From Gammaproteobacteria bacterium (GTDB lineage Bacteria; Pseudomonadota; Gammaproteobacteria; GCA-001735895), in NCBI GenBank assembly GCA_050298595.1, contig JBNKUM010000067.1:2976-66975 (forward strand): a DNA stretch of 64,000 nucleotides, read 5' to 3'. A program made the translations under genes and the position numbers. Of this stretch, positions 62,698 through 64,000 are shown piece after piece; the first letter of the stretch is position 1, and each line of letters opens with the position of its first letter. Below the pieces are notes generated by a model. The model made no database searches. It had not been told where the DNA came from and saw only the letters and a program-made list of their open reading frames with translations.

Positions 62698-63876
62698 CTA
62701 AAAACAATCCCCCGGCACACGAACCCAGCCTTCCATCAATACTCGTGCACTGCGACTCATAGCGACTTTCTTTACTGCCCATAGTCCATCAACTTCAGTG
62801 GCTTCTGCGCCCACCTTTAAGGTACCTGAAGGATGTCCAAAAACAACAGAATCCCGTTCACCGCCACCGGCGGCCAGATTAACCAGCGTACCGGGTATGG
62901 TTGCAGCGGTACCGATGGCAACTGCCGCTGTGCCCATCATCGCATGGTGTAATTTGCCCATGGATAAGGCGCGAACATTAAGGTCAATATCTGTGGCATT
63001 AATCTGTTTGGCGCTGGATGAGGTATAAGCCTGGGCTGGTGACACAAAAGCCACCTTGGGTGTATGCTGGCGCGCAGCAGCATCTTCCAGTTTCTCAATC
63101 AAGCCCATTCTGATCGCGCCATGTGCGCGGATGCTTTCAAACATCGCCAGTGCTTTTTCGTCGCTATTAATGCTGTCCTGTAATTCGGTGCCAGAGTAAC
63201 CGATATCGGCGGCATTCAGGAATATAGTCGGGATACCGGCATTGATCATAGTGGCGTTAAATGTGCCAATGCCTGGAACCTCAAGTTTGTCGACCAGATT
63301 TCCAGTGGGGAACATATCGCCTTCACCATCGGCGGGATCGAGAAACTCAACCTTCACTTCGGCAGCAGGGAAGGTGACGCCATCCAGCTCAAAATCTCCG
63401 GTTTCCTGAACCTCACCATTGGTCATGGGTACATGCGCAATAATGGTTTTTTTGATATTGGCCTGCCAGATGCGCACCACTGCGGTACCATTTACAGGTA
63501 CTCGCTCAGGGTCTACCAGTCCACTGCTGATGGCAAATGAACCAACCGCTGCGGTCAGGTTGCCACAGTTACCACTCCAGTCTACGAAAGGCCTGTCGAT
63601 GGAGACCTGTCCGAACAGGTAATCCACGTCATGCTCCGGCTGGCTGCTTTTGGACAGGATAACGGTCTTGCTGGTGCTTGAAGTCGCACCACCCATACCA
63701 TCGGTTTGTTTGCCGTAAGGGTCCGGGCTGCCGATAACACGCAATAATAATTTATCGCGCGCTTCACCGGGAACCTGTGCCGATTCGGGTAAATCACTCA
63801 GGTTAAAGAAAACGCCCTTGCTGGTACCGCCACGAATATAGGTAGCAGGTATCTTAATTTGTGGTACGTGGGTCAT
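62698..63876 (-). CDS. prpF: 2-methylaconitate cis-trans isomerase PrpF
   Basis: 392 aa. N-terminus PQIKIPATYIRGGTSKGVFF and overall length match PrpF of the AcnD-type methylcitrate pathway. Confidence 0.85.
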   Translation of the reverse strand: MTHVPQIKIPATYIRGGTSKGVFFNLSDLPESAQVPGEARDKLLLRVIGSPDPYGKQTDGMGGATSSTSKTVILSKSSQPEHDVDYLFGQVSIDRPFVDWSGNCGNLTAAVGSFAISSGLVDPERVPVNGTAVVRIWQANIKKTIIAHVPMTNGEVQETGDFELDGVTFPAAEVKVEFLDPADGEGDMFPTGNLVDKLEVPGIGTFNATMINAGIPTIFLNAADIGYSGTELQDSINSDEKALAMFESIRAHGAIRMGLIEKLEDAAARQHTPKVAFVSPAQAYTSSSAKQINATDIDLNVRALSMGKLHHAMMGTAAVAIGTAATIPGTLVNLAAGGGERDSVVFGHPSGTLKVGAEATEVDGLWAVKKVAMSRSARVLMEGWVRVPGDCF

Positions 63877-63896
63877 AGTTATTTGATCTCTTGTTT

Positions 63897-63952
63897 AACC
63901 ACAGAGGGCACAGAGGTAATTAATAAATAAAATCTCTGTGTTCTCTGTGGTT
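63897..63952. repeat. REP-like hairpin (CCACAGAG variant)
   Basis: aaccacagagggcacagag (63897-63915) pairs with ctctgtgttctctgtggtt (63934-63952) across an AT-rich loop. Confidence 0.65.
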
Positions 63953-63962
63953 GATATGTTTT

Positions 63963-64000
63963 TTAATGATTCGATTCAAGAAAGTCCTGTGCGAAGCGCT
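63963..64000 (-). CDS. 3' end of a gene running off the window (acnD expected from prp-cluster synteny; not verifiable)
   Basis: The minus strand reads ...RFAQDFLESNH* with its stop codon at 63963-63965. Only 12 codons are visible. Confidence 0.3.
   Translation of the reverse strand, partial: RFAQDFLESNH

Overview
This 64-kb window looks like chromosomal DNA from a gammaproteobacterium, possibly a marine Oceanospirillales- or Alteromonadales-like organism. That guess rests only on gene content and on the REP-like hairpins, so it is not verifiable here. Spot counts on 60-nt lines give about 45-50% GC. No rRNA, tRNA or CRISPR array was seen.

Housekeeping genes:
- fadE-SCP2-fadB-fadA beta-oxidation cluster
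- dusC, arfB, rlmC
- speE plus an ornithine/lysine-type decarboxylase
- cysD-cysNC, mqo, prpF

Signalling genes are unusually dense:
- Three paralogous hybrid histidine kinases. Two are each paired with an orphan ABC-type substrate-binding protein (SBP) in a tandem duplication that follows a REC-GGDEF-EAL gene. The third has an SBP-like domain fused to it.
- A TonB-dependent receptor / YfiR-like (DUF4154) / hybrid kinase triad.

Mobile DNA and gene decay:
- One apparently intact IS1182-family element.
- IS5-like and IS66 remnants bracketing cysD-cysNC.
- A truncated GDSL lipase gene, a frameshifted yyaL-like gene and a kefB/C remnant.
- Two small repeat families: covarying CCACGAAG/CCACAGAG hairpins, and a MITE-like element with GAATCCGCAGTT terminal inverted repeats.

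Candidates most worth follow-up:
- the SBP-gated kinase to c-di-GMP cluster
- the YfiBNR-like triad rewired to a TonB-dependent receptor and a kinase
- a RimK-like ATP-grasp plus GNAT/papain-like peptidase pair
- a roughly 190-aa unrecognised N-terminal extension on CysD

All functional calls come from reading the supplied translations by eye. No database search was run.
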